From positions 21,172 through 85,171 of the forward strand of contig JASLLE010000002.1 of NCBI GenBank assembly GCA_030747175.1: a stretch of 64,000 nucleotides of DNA, read 5' to 3'. Each line of letters starts with the position of its first letter. The first letter of the stretch is position 1. Of this stretch, positions 38,150 through 48,400 are shown piece after piece. The position numbers and the translations under genes are program-made. The notes under the pieces were generated by a model. That model was not told the origin of the DNA and searched no databases. It saw only the letters and a program-made list of their open reading frames with translations. This DNA is from Dehalococcoidia bacterium (lineage in GTDB: Bacteria > Chloroflexota > Dehalococcoidia > Lucifugimonadales > Lucifugimonadaceae).

Positions 38150-38325
38150 AACGGAGGGCGTATTGCCATACGCCCCTACGATGTCTTGAACGCTTATACG
38201 TCATCCCGATCCTTCCGGTATCGGAAGGACGAGGGACCTTCACCGACAGGACAACCGGCGAACCAAATGTCTTCGCGGGTGTGGTCTTCTCCCTGACCCC
38301 AGCCCTCTCCCGCTGGGAGAGGGGG
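38150..38325 (+). repeat. Composite repeat carrying three hairpin modules
   Basis: GGGCGTAT-TGCC-ATACGCCC (38156-75), CCTTCCGGTATCGGAAGG (38211-28) and CCCTCTCCC-GCT-GGGAGAGGG (38303-23). Confidence 0.75.
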
Positions 38326-38357
38326 AATCCGTTCGTCGAAAGAATGTGCTCTTCCCG

Positions 38358-39488
38358 TTAAACGTTTTCGGTATCCAGCGTCACGTTGTCGCCCCGCAGC
38401 GAGCGATTGCGTATGTCAAACCGCCCCGGGTAGCGCACCGGCAAATGGCCGTCGTCGATCATGACAGCGAGCGGGTGGAGCATAGTCTTCACGGGCAGTT
38501 GTACCTGCACATGGGTTCGGGCCGACTCGTAGATGGCGTGCACCATCTCGAGCGCCTTGTACCCGCTCTCGCCATCAGACCGGTACTTCTCATCGGATGT
38601 GCCGTTCACCCAGTCCGCGAAGGCATGAGCCTGCTCGATGCTGCCCTCGATCACCTCGAAGTTGTCATCCCCGGGTGTGGCGTGCTTGCCGTTGGGCGCC
38701 CGGTGGTCCCAGCCATTTGTGCGGGAGTTCATCATCCTGAGATCTTCCAGCGTGAGGTCGATCATGCCCTCGGTCCCAAATATCTCGGCGCCCCAACCGT
38801 GCTTTGGTGTGAGACCTGAGAGGATCATCGCCTCCGTCCCTGTCTCGAACCCGAACACAGCCAGCGCTTTGTCCTCGATAGGGATGGCGCGCGCCCACCG
38901 GTCTGTCTCGCGCTCCACGTTGCCCATCGCCCACGTGCATTCGGCATCGCTGAGCAGGTAGCGGAACAGGTCCGCCTGGTGGGACGAGTAGTTGGGGAGG
39001 CCGTCCCGGGCGTACACCTTGATGAGGCTCACATCGCCGATTTCGCCGTCAGCGATCAGGTCTTTCGCCAGCGTGTACGCGGGCAACCACCGGCGCTGAT
39101 GGCCCACCGCAAGTTTCACGCCGTTCCGCCGGCACACCAGCATCATGTCGTTCGCCGCGCCCAGCGTGTCCGCCATCGGCTTTTCGCACAGCACCCCCTT
39201 GATCCCGGATGATGCCGCCGCCCGCGTCATGGCGCTGTGGCCGATGTCCCAGACACCGACAGAAACGACATCCAGGTCGGACTTATCGAGCATCTCCCGC
39301 GCCTCGCTGAAGTGTTCCGCCCTGTAGTCGTCCCACTCGACGAAATGCTCGTCGTAGTCCTTCATCGCCTGGTCGCTGAGGTCGGAGATGGCCACGATCT
39401 CGTACTTGCCCGAGTTCATGTAGCCCATGCCGTGGTTGACCGTCATATCGCCACATCCGATGACCCCGACGCGCAGTTTGTCTGGCAA
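38358..39488 (-). CDS. Gfo/Idh/MocA-family oxidoreductase
   Basis: GAGGAGA followed 8 nt later by TTG at 39488 gives LPDKLRVGVIGCGDM, the Rossmann motif. The ORF is open up to 39569. Confidence 0.8.
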   Translation of the reverse strand: MPDKLRVGVIGCGDMTVNHGMGYMNSGKYEIVAISDLSDQAMKDYDEHFVEWDDYRAEHFSEAREMLDKSDLDVVSVGVWDIGHSAMTRAAASSGIKGVLCEKPMADTLGAANDMMLVCRRNGVKLAVGHQRRWLPAYTLAKDLIADGEIGDVSLIKVYARDGLPNYSSHQADLFRYLLSDAECTWAMGNVERETDRWARAIPIEDKALAVFGFETGTEAMILSGLTPKHGWGAEIFGTEGMIDLTLEDLRMMNSRTNGWDHRAPNGKHATPGDDNFEVIEGSIEQAHAFADWVNGTSDEKYRSDGESGYKALEMVHAIYESARTHVQVQLPVKTMLHPLAVMIDDGHLPVRYPGRFDIRNRSLRGDNVTLDTENV

Positions 39489-39633
39489 TCCAGTTATCTC
39501 CTCAAAGTTGTGATGCCATCGGCACAGTTGTCTTGGAGCGTTCCAGAACGCCCGGGGCTGAAGCGCCACGCCGCCGCCGATACGAGCGGTACGACCATAA
39601 AAATAGGCCGACGTGCCAGCGTCCCGCAGGGCC

Positions 39634-40779
39634 TCATTCGACTATGTGTGCCGCCAGTACGTCCTCGTCGAACTCGATCCCCAGACCGGGGCCGGATGGC
39701 GGGATGATGAAGCCGTGATCCAGCACGAGCGGTTCCTTGAAGATCGTCCTGTGAAGCGGCCCCTGGTTCGCTTCCTGGATGACGAAGTTCGGAGAGCAGG
39801 TGTCGATCTGGATTGCGGCTGATGACGCGATCGGCCCGCAGTACATATGCGGCGCGATCATCGCGTAGTAGGCCTCGGCGATCGCCGCGATCTTCTTCGC
39901 CTCGGTGATGCCGCCGCACTGGCCGACGTCAAGCTGGATGATCTGGGCGGCGCGCTTCTCCAGCAGCACGGCGAACTCGTACTTCGTGACCAACCTCTCG
40001 CCGGTCGCGATCGGAATGCTGGTGTGCGCTGCGACCCGGGCCATCTCCTCGATGTTCTCCGGAGGGACCGGCTCTTCAAACCAGTACGGGTTATACGGCT
40101 CAAGGATGTGCGCCACGCGGATTGCGCTGAAGGTGGAAAGTTGCCCGTGCGTGCCGATCCCGATCTCAAGTTCGTCGCCGACGGCATCCCGCATGTTCTG
40201 GAAGATCTTCTCAGCGTTCTTGATCTCCTTCAGCGGGATGTCCCGCGGGATCGGGTACATCGGCATGAAGGGGTCGAGCTTGCAGGCGGAGTTGCCCTCT
40301 TCCACGAGCTTGACCGCCGCATCGCCGGCCAGCGAGGGGTCGGCCTGTATCTCTCTCATCCCCGGCACGTACGCATAGGCTCGGAGCTTCTCGTGGTACT
40401 TGCCGCCAAGCAGGTTATAGACCGGCTGATTGGTCGCTTTGCCGCGGATGTCCCACAGCGCCATGTCGATGCCGCTGATTACCGGGGTCGCGTAAAGGCT
40501 CGGGTGTCGGAAGTCGTGGCGTGAGGCGTACATCCGGTCCCAGATCCGCTCGCCGTCAAACGGGTCCTGCCCGATCACGTACTGCTCCACCAGCTCCTTG
40601 ATCAGGTGGATCTGCGTTTGCATGTCTTCGAGGCTGTTCGAGTAAGCCCCGCCGGTGATGCGCTCACCAAGACCGGTGATCCCCTCGTCGGTATGCAGCT
40701 CTATGAAAAGCCACCAGCGGCCACCGATGAACGGCTCTACGTTACGAACGACCTTGGTATCGAATCCGGTTACCTTCAA
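39634..40779 (-). CDS. Enolase-superfamily enzyme (galactonate dehydratase-like)
   Basis: MKVTGFDTKVV...HTDEGITGLGE, IDMALWDIRGKATNQPVYNLLGG, WFEEPVPP and IATGER. Confidence 0.85.
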   Translation of the reverse strand: MKVTGFDTKVVRNVEPFIGGRWWLFIELHTDEGITGLGERITGGAYSNSLEDMQTQIHLIKELVEQYVIGQDPFDGERIWDRMYASRHDFRHPSLYATPVISGIDMALWDIRGKATNQPVYNLLGGKYHEKLRAYAYVPGMREIQADPSLAGDAAVKLVEEGNSACKLDPFMPMYPIPRDIPLKEIKNAEKIFQNMRDAVGDELEIGIGTHGQLSTFSAIRVAHILEPYNPYWFEEPVPPENIEEMARVAAHTSIPIATGERLVTKYEFAVLLEKRAAQIIQLDVGQCGGITEAKKIAAIAEAYYAMIAPHMYCGPIASSAAIQIDTCSPNFVIQEANQGPLHRTIFKEPLVLDHGFIIPPSGPGLGIEFDEDVLAAHIVE

Positions 40780-40948
40780 CGTATCCTCCTGGGACTAGCG
40801 TTCGCGCACCGTGTAACTTCTGCCCGACCGGTCGCGACGCGCCGGATGATACCCCGAACCGCTGTCGCCGTTCGGCTGGTGCTGGGCGAGTCAGCGGAAT
40901 CATATCGATCCCGCGCTCCGGAGTTTCGAACTCGGAGAGCCCGGATGG

Positions 40949-41533
40949 CTAACCGCTGGCTGCCTCGTCGATCCGGTCCACAAGTCTCTCGATGAATCGC
41001 TTTAGCAAACCCCTGTCCTCCTCCACGGCCAGATGTCCGGACTCATCGACACGCTCGGGCAAACGCACGAACTCGAGAGCGGCTTCGTTGTCCAGATCAG
41101 CGTCCAGCACGGACAGTATTCCCATCAGATGATTCCCTGTTTCCGTCGCGCCCAGACCGCCGGCGCCGACGATTACAGAGATCGGTTTTCCCGCAAGAAC
41201 CGATGTACCGCGAACCGGCTCCGGCGTCCTGCAAATCCAGTCGATAGCGTTTTTCAATACGCCGGGCATGCTGACGTAATAGACGGGTAATGAGATCAAC
41301 AAGCCGTCAGCCGCTTCGATCTTTTGCTTCAACTCAACGACCGGCCGAGGCGTTTCACGAGCTTCGTCATCCGGGTTGTACATCGGTAACGGAAGCAACC
41401 CGGCTATTTCGATCCGGGCCCTGTCCCCGATCAACTGATCGGATAGCTCCAGGAGTTTGCGATTGAGGGAATCGGCGCGAAGGCTGCCCGGAATTCCGAT
41501 TATGTCGATCATGGATTGCTCCGGGTGTCCCAC
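40949..41533 (-). CDS. NADPH-dependent FMN reductase
   Basis: IIGIPGSLRADSLNRKLL, LLISLPVYYVSMPGVLKNAIDW. The likely start is ATG at 41512. Confidence 0.8.
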   Translation of the reverse strand: MGHPEQSMIDIIGIPGSLRADSLNRKLLELSDQLIGDRARIEIAGLLPLPMYNPDDEARETPRPVVELKQKIEAADGLLISLPVYYVSMPGVLKNAIDWICRTPEPVRGTSVLAGKPISVIVGAGGLGATETGNHLMGILSVLDADLDNEAALEFVRLPERVDESGHLAVEEDRGLLKRFIERLVDRIDEAASG

Positions 41534-41815
41534 ACCCTCATGCCGTGGTGGCGGGCCATAAGACGCCCGTTACGCGGTCGTATCCTCATCGTGATGTACC
41601 GGGCCGGCCTCACTTCCGGTCGTTCACCAACCAGCCATCTACCAGCTCCACCGTCTGATCCAGCGTCCATCTTGATGGTCAGCGTTGCGGCGGATCATAA
41701 CCCGAGCCGGATCACGCGACCGGAAGATTGCTGAGACAAGTTGATGCACTGGGGCCGTGCGATCGTTCCCGTTTGATGTACAGTTCCCGGCGACCACCAT
41801 CCCAAGGAATCCCAA

Positions 41816-42925
41816 ATGAAAATCACCGACATCACCGTCACCCCGCTCAAAACCGGCAAGGGCCTCCTTCGCGTCCAGACAGACGCCGGGATTGAAGGAT
41901 GGGCAGAGGCTCCGGGCCGTAATCCGGGCGTACCGGGGAGGAACGGAGCGGTTTTCGAAGCGTACCTGGAGAGCATCATCAAGCCGGTGTTGATCGGCGA
42001 GGATCCGCTCCAGATAGACCGCCACTGGGAGACGCTGGCGCTCGGCAAAGACGAAAAACTCTTCAAGCTTCCGGCCAACGTCGTTGGAGTGATTGATGTC
42101 GCGCTCTGGGACCTGCTAGGCAAAGAGACCGGACTTCCGGTCTACACGCTCATGGGCGGTGCTGCTCGGACCGATATCGAACTTTACTGGTCCGTCGGCT
42201 CGGGCTGGATGATGCAGCCCGAAGAGATGGTTGGACACATCAAAGAAGGCTGGGACATGAACTTCCGGGCCTTCAAGATCCGCATGGACTGGAAGGGCTG
42301 GCGACAGGACGCAGATCCTGAGAAGGACTTCCAGATCTTCAAGGCGGTTCGTGAGTTCCTGTCGGGCGGTCACTACCTCGGTTTTGATGCGAACAACGGC
42401 TACTCGGTATCCACCGCAATTCAGCAGGGACGCCGGTTCGAGGAGCTTGGCATCGACCACTTTGAAGAGCCGATTCCCAACTACGATCTGCCGGGATTGA
42501 AGCAGATCGCGGACACGCTGGACGTCGCCGTGTCGGCGGGCGAGCAGGACGCATTCAGGTGGTGGTTCCAGAGCCTTGTGCTGCTGGGCGACCCTGACAT
42601 TCTTCAGCCGGACATCCTGAGCGCAGGCGGTCCGTCAGAGGTGAAACGCATCTTCGACATGGCGACCACGCTCGACAAGCCGGTCATGCCGCACAGCCCA
42701 CAGGCCGGGATCAACAGCATGGCCTCCCTGCACGTGTTCTCCACGGTCCAGAACGGCACCCGCCCGCACGAGTTCTCGACCGAGTTCTCAGGACCGCTGG
42801 ACGATGTCGCAAACCTTTACGGCGAGGGCGTCATCCCGGTGGACGGCCACATGATCCTGAGCGACCGGCCCGGGCTGGGCATCGAGCTAAACGAGAAGGC
42901 CGTGGCGACCCTGACGCTGAAGTAG
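41816..42925 (+). CDS. Enolase-superfamily enzyme (mandelate racemase/muconate lactonizing family)
   Basis: MKITDITVTPLK...TDAGIEGWAEA, IDVALWDLLGKETGLPVYTLMGG, LGFDANNGYS, FEEPIP and VSAGEQD. Confidence 0.85.
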   Translation: MKITDITVTPLKTGKGLLRVQTDAGIEGWAEAPGRNPGVPGRNGAVFEAYLESIIKPVLIGEDPLQIDRHWETLALGKDEKLFKLPANVVGVIDVALWDLLGKETGLPVYTLMGGAARTDIELYWSVGSGWMMQPEEMVGHIKEGWDMNFRAFKIRMDWKGWRQDADPEKDFQIFKAVREFLSGGHYLGFDANNGYSVSTAIQQGRRFEELGIDHFEEPIPNYDLPGLKQIADTLDVAVSAGEQDAFRWWFQSLVLLGDPDILQPDILSAGGPSEVKRIFDMATTLDKPVMPHSPQAGINSMASLHVFSTVQNGTRPHEFSTEFSGPLDDVANLYGEGVIPVDGHMILSDRPGLGIELNEKAVATLTLK

Positions 42926-42951
42926 GGCACGGTCGGGGCGGACTCGTGTAA

Positions 42952-44322
42952 CTAGTCCGCCCCGCACCCGGTTTCTATGGCCCTCTGGTTTCGTATCTGC
43001 CTGGCCGCAAGTAACGCCGGAATGACCACCGCAACTCCGATGGCCGTGAACAGCCACCTGAAGGCTGTCAGGTCCGTGGATGCGTCGACTGCGATCCCGG
43101 CGATAATTGCTCCAATCACGTTCCCCAGAGGAGCAATTGCGCCGCTCATGAACACGGCGGAAGCCTGGTGTTCTCCGGAATGCTGGAATATCAGTAACTG
43201 AGTTGCTGTCATCACCATTGCCGCACAGCCACCAAACAGGAACAACAGCGCCGTAGTTACCGCGGGATCCGGCGTTACCCAGGAAATCAGGGCAGTGGTC
43301 GCCGTCAGACCGAATCCGAAGTAAACGGCGGTTCCGGCAGGACCCTTGAAACGCGATATCAGGAATCCACTGATGGTTGCTGCCGCTATAAAACCGAGCC
43401 CGACCGCCGCCAGCATGAAGCCGATCCACTCATCAGAACCGGGGTAGAAATAAATCGTAAACACGGCGATGAATGTGGTTATCGATCCCAGTCCCGCTCT
43501 CACGATGGCTCTGTTGAGGAAGACCTGTCCGAGGACCGGGTACCAGATGAGTCGGGTTGACGTTTTGATGCGCTGGGCGAGAGTTGCTGTCGCGCCGCCG
43601 CCGCCCGGTAATGCCGGCAGCAGGCTGAACGCTACGACACCAACGATCACGGAGATGATCCCGTAAACAATGACGGCGGCTTCCCACGAGCTGCCGTCGC
43701 CGATGTATTTCATGATCGGAGACCAGATGCCTGGACCTCCCGCGAACGCGGCGACAATCAGGCCCACGTGTTTGGCGCGTGCGGCAGGATCGCTCCACGC
43801 CCTGGGGACGGAGGCGAGAACCCCAGACGTGATGATCCCGGCGCCGATACCCGCCAGCAGCCGGGTAACCATCACCGCCCAGAATGAAGGAAATACGGCT
43901 GTCAAAACCGTCGATATGCCGACGATATAGGCGGCGATCACCATGAGTCGACGCAGAGACATGCGCTGGACGAATGGGGTCAGGCCGACAGCGATCAGAA
44001 AAGTTCCGACAAATGACATCGTGCCGAATTGACCGGTAAGGCCATCCGAAACGTCGAACTCTTCGGACATCTCGGTTAGGAATGGTGCGATGCTGCTGAC
44101 GTGCGGAATAGAGAATGACGCCACCAGAATCAATAACGGCAGCGTCAGTTTGTTGGGCGCGTTCGGCCGGATAATACCTCTCACCTTCCCCCTCACTTTC
44201 AATCGGCACGAGCGTCTCTGGTTTCGTTCAGAGACCCATGAAGACCGGCCACTGTCTACGACAACGCAGGCAAAGCCACACCTACGCCCGATTCTTCTCC
44301 AGCCATCCATCCACCAGCTCAA
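42952..44322 (-). CDS. MFS transporter
   Basis: 12-TMS pattern from LTLPLLILVASFSI. The true start is probably at or below 44202, because the ORF's 5' end overlaps the upstream gene. Confidence 0.75.
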   Translation of the reverse strand: MSWWMDGWRRIGRRCGFACVVVDSGRSSWVSERNQRRSCRLKVRGKVRGIIRPNAPNKLTLPLLILVASFSIPHVSSIAPFLTEMSEEFDVSDGLTGQFGTMSFVGTFLIAVGLTPFVQRMSLRRLMVIAAYIVGISTVLTAVFPSFWAVMVTRLLAGIGAGIITSGVLASVPRAWSDPAARAKHVGLIVAAFAGGPGIWSPIMKYIGDGSSWEAAVIVYGIISVIVGVVAFSLLPALPGGGGATATLAQRIKTSTRLIWYPVLGQVFLNRAIVRAGLGSITTFIAVFTIYFYPGSDEWIGFMLAAVGLGFIAAATISGFLISRFKGPAGTAVYFGFGLTATTALISWVTPDPAVTTALLFLFGGCAAMVMTATQLLIFQHSGEHQASAVFMSGAIAPLGNVIGAIIAGIAVDASTDLTAFRWLFTAIGVAVVIPALLAARQIRNQRAIETGCGAD

Positions 44323-45343
44323 CCGTCTGATCCAGTGAATCCAGCTGCATGCCGTTCCCGGCGGCGATCGTCTGCACCAGCCTGTCCACGCGCTCGATGT
44401 TCGGCGCGCCGCCCGCGAGCGCCCTCGCCGCCGACGATGGGTTCACCAGCGACAACGCGGCGTTGGCGTACTTTTCGAACGGCACCAGGTCGTTCGCATC
44501 CGCGCCCATCTTGACGCAGAGCTCTACGACCCAGTCGTACGCCGCCCTCGACTCGTCAAGATTCGAGTGGACGGCTTCTTTGATCGGCCGCATCTCGTCC
44601 TTCTGGACGCAGCGGTAGTTGCCGGCGATCAGCATCGCCCACTTGGCGAGCGGGACAAAAATCGAATCATGCACCCGGAGCTTGACCGGGAGTTCGACAT
44701 CCTGCCCCTCGTGGTTGAACCTCACCGCCTGGATACCGGCCTCAAGATCGTTCAGGATCGCCGTGTGGGCGTCGGAATCGAACCGGGCCGCCTTGAAGTT
44801 GGTCGGCAACCCGACCTGTAGCACGTTCACCTTCTCAGTCGGGGGCCGAAACGCCTGCGGGTCTGGACTGCACAACGTCATAAACGCCGGGTCAAGGTTG
44901 TCCCAGACCGATGCGTCCGTATAGCTGCTCTCGATCGCCTCGGCGTCGATCGCTGCGATCCGCTTCAGATAAGTCAGGGGCGGCATGTTCATGATCGACA
45001 TGCACGGAACCTTCGCCGCTGCGATTCGGTCCAAAAGATCGTGGAGCACCGGCACACCGTACTGCGGCTCCTGCATCGCAAGCCCGATCAGGTCGTACTC
45101 GGAAGGATCGACTTCGGTCGGTCCGGTGGCGGTCACCGTGCCGGGCATTTTTGAAGTGTCCAGCTCGACCAGCCCTTCGACACCTCTGGCGGCGAGTCGC
45201 ACACGCGCGCCCTCTGAGTTGATCAGGTTGGCTTCTTCAGGCAGGCACACCAGCTTCACGTCATGCCCGGCCAGCGCCATCTTGGCCCCCAGCAACGAGC
45301 CATAAGATGCGCCCAGGATCAGAATGTTGAAAGTCGGCTCCAT
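44282..45343 (-). CDS. Rossmann-fold oxidoreductase (ketopantoate reductase/ApbA-like)
   Basis: N-terminal FNILILGASYGSLLGAKMALAGHDVKLV dinucleotide-binding fold. The family assignment is tentative. Confidence 0.5.
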   Translation of the reverse strand: MEPTFNILILGASYGSLLGAKMALAGHDVKLVCLPEEANLINSEGARVRLAARGVEGLVELDTSKMPGTVTATGPTEVDPSEYDLIGLAMQEPQYGVPVLHDLLDRIAAAKVPCMSIMNMPPLTYLKRIAAIDAEAIESSYTDASVWDNLDPAFMTLCSPDPQAFRPPTEKVNVLQVGLPTNFKAARFDSDAHTAILNDLEAGIQAVRFNHEGQDVELPVKLRVHDSIFVPLAKWAMLIAGNYRCVQKDEMRPIKEAVHSNLDESRAAYDWVVELCVKMGADANDLVPFEKYANAALSLVNPSSAARALAGGAPNIERVDRLVQTIAAGNGMQLDSLDQTVELVDGWLEKNRA

Positions 45344-45439
45344 GTCAGTCTCCTGTCTCGCCAGTTGGGCTCTGAGGGCTCAAGTTCGGGGAACTCAACA
45401 CCCGATCGTACAAGACCGCGCCACATCGATACCCGGATT

Positions 45440-48400
45440 TTATGCCTTCAAGATCTCCCGTCGCGTCAGGATCCGCTCGGTAAGCGGCCGCATTCCCAGT
45501 TCCTGCGTGATCGCCAAAGCCTCGTTCTGTAGTTCGATCGCCTTTTCGCGATCGCCGATCCCTGAGGCACTCGAAGCACCTTCTGCACGTTCAAGTAACA
45601 TCTCGGCGTAATCGGAGCAGGTCCAGGCGAGGTCTTTCAAGCAGCCGTTCTCCCGTCCAAATACCAGTGCATCCCGGAAGTGGCCGTCGGCCGCCGCAGT
45701 ATCGCCCGCGGTCCATGCGGAAAGCCCGAGTATTCGATCGGCGAACACCGAGTACATCATCGTTCCGCAGTACGGTTTCAGTAACTCGTAACGCCGCCGC
45801 GATTCCTCTACGTTCCCGCGAGTGGCCGCCAAAATAATGGCGGCCGCGTTGAGAATTGGCCGGAGCGTGTCACCGTAGATGGCCGTCTCGTAAGCTTCCA
45901 CGCGTTGAATTGCATTCTGAGTCGCCGCGTCGACCGTATCGTTAGGTTTGATGTAGTGGAATTCAGCAGCCACCAGGGAACAGTTCGCCACAAGTCCGGG
46001 ACGGGTGTCGTGGGTGGCATTCAGGAATTCGATGATCGCCTCGGGATGAGCCTCGAGACCCTGTTGAAAACGCACGGCGAGTTCAAGTTGTCGCGGAGTG
46101 CCTTCAAGTTGAATGAAAGCGATCTGAGCCACGGTTTCGATGGCCTGTTCCCAACGGCCAGAGGCGAAGTAGGCCTGGGCTCTGGATAGTTGATTGAAGA
46201 ACCGGGAGTAACCGTCCCTGGTTTTCGCCCCGCCCTCGCTTCCGGCCGTTGCGTATACCAGAGCTTGCTCCAGGTGGCCCAGACGTACCGCAGCTATCGC
46301 CGCGTAAGTGTTTGCCCGGGCCTCCGACACCGCGTCAGAGTTGGTTCCAATCAACCCGAGCGCCGTGTCCGCCGCCGCAAGACATTCCAGATTGCCGATC
46401 CGCGTGTACTGGCCAAGCTGAAGGTTCGCCTTTCCCAATAACGCGGATACTTCGATCCCGATTTCTCCCGTTGATTTGCCGATCTCGATGGCCCGTTCCA
46501 GCGCCGCCTCCGCTCCGTCTAGATCGTCTCGCTCCCAGTAGAGCGAAGATCCTCGGGCAGCCAAGATCTTTCCGGCAACGACCGAATCGGGCTCGGCGAG
46601 GTTCAGCCCTTGTTCCATCAAGTCCGCCATCCCCACCGCACTTCCTTGTTGTCCCACCGGATAAGCAGCGATCTCGGCCCCTACGGCGGGGTCGCCTTCA
46701 CTTGAGTAAAAGTCGAATGCCTTCAACAGAATCTCGAAAGAGGCATGTATTTGCGGTCGCGCAACCGCAACGGCAATGCTGGCGCGGCCAAGCCCCAGGA
46801 GGATGCGCGCCAATAGTGCATCGATTTCGCCATCGCCAGCGGCGGTCAACGCGATCTCGAAATGAGTCGTTGCTGCGTCAGGGGCCGTGGCCTCGAGTGC
46901 TTGTTCCCCGGCGGCGACGGAATATCGGATTAACCTCTCTGTGCCGGAGACCGCTTCGGCTTCTGCGAAGTGATGGGCCAACTCGGCGGAGTGTTCGTAC
47001 GCCTCATTCCCGTATAACCTTTCCAACGCCTCCGCAATACTTGCGTGCAGCCTGACCCGGCGTGTGAGTGACAACTCACCAGTGAGCGTCTCCTGCATGA
47101 GCGCGTGGGTGAACTGGTAGTGGCCGACCTCATCCGACAGCTCCTCGATGATCCTTGCATCGAGCGCTTCGTCGAGCACGTCCAAAAGCTGGCTCTCGGT
47201 TGTGTCCTCCGCCAGGGCCGTCAGCGCGTCCAGGCGGAAGTCCCTGCCGACTACAGCGGCGGTAGTCAGCATTTCGTTTGCACGTTCGCTCAGGCGGTCT
47301 AACCGGCGGCCGATTACCTCACGCACGCCTTCAGGGATTCTCACCGACCAAGTTGACTCGCCCTCAGACCGATGTTCCGCTAACTCACCCGACTGGACCA
47401 GCTCCCGTACCACCTCTGTGACAAATAACGGATTGCCCTCGGTGTGCCGATACACGGTGGCGGAAAGTTCCGGCGGCGCGCTGAAGCCGGCCGCTATTTC
47501 AATGAAGCGAGCGATATCGTTTTCGGACAGCCCCCTCAACAATACCCGCTCGTACAGTCGCTCCCTCGCGAGATCGCCAAGGGTCACGGTCAGCGGATGA
47601 CGCCTGTTCAACTCCATGTCCCGGTATGTGCAGATCAACATCACACGCGATTGACTGATCTCGCGAGCCATGAACTCCAGATAGGCCAACGACGGCCGGT
47701 CAGACCAGTGCAGGTCATCCAGCACAATCACGAGCGGTTGCGACTGGCTTGCCGAGTTCAGGAAACTGGTGATGCTATCGAAAAGCCGGAAACGTGCGGA
47801 GTCTGGATCGTCCAATTTGATTGGGGCCTGAATGCCCGGCAGCCGGTCGTTCACGTCGGTGACGATCTCGGCGACCACGGAGGCACTTGAACCCATCTGC
47901 CGGCGCAATTCTTCCGGTTCGGTCTCCCGCACGTAGCTGCGGATCGCCTGCACCCATGGCCAGTACGGCGGTTGACCTCCTGTTTCGTAACAACGTCCCC
48001 AAAGAACTTGCGCGCCACGGAGTCCTGCGTAAGTGGCCAATTCTTCTGACGTACGCGTCTTGCCAATCCCCGGCTCTCCCATGAGGGCGATCAAGCGGCC
48101 TCGCCCGCCAAGCACGTCTTCCAAGGCCGCCTTCAGCTGGTCCATCTCCGCCTGCCGACCGACGAACACGCCGCCAGCCAGCGATTCAAGGCTCGTCTGG
48201 TCCTGCTCGACCGTTTCTCCTCGCGCCGTCAAATCGATGGCGTCAAGCGCGTTGAAAACGTCCTGCGCCGAGTCCGGTCTCTCTGCCGGGTCTTTGGATA
48301 AGAGGCGCATCACGAGCGCTTCAAGCGGGCGCGGACAGTCGTCGTTATGCCACGTCGGGGCCACCGGCGGGGTATTGATGTGCTGGCCGATTATGGCGAT

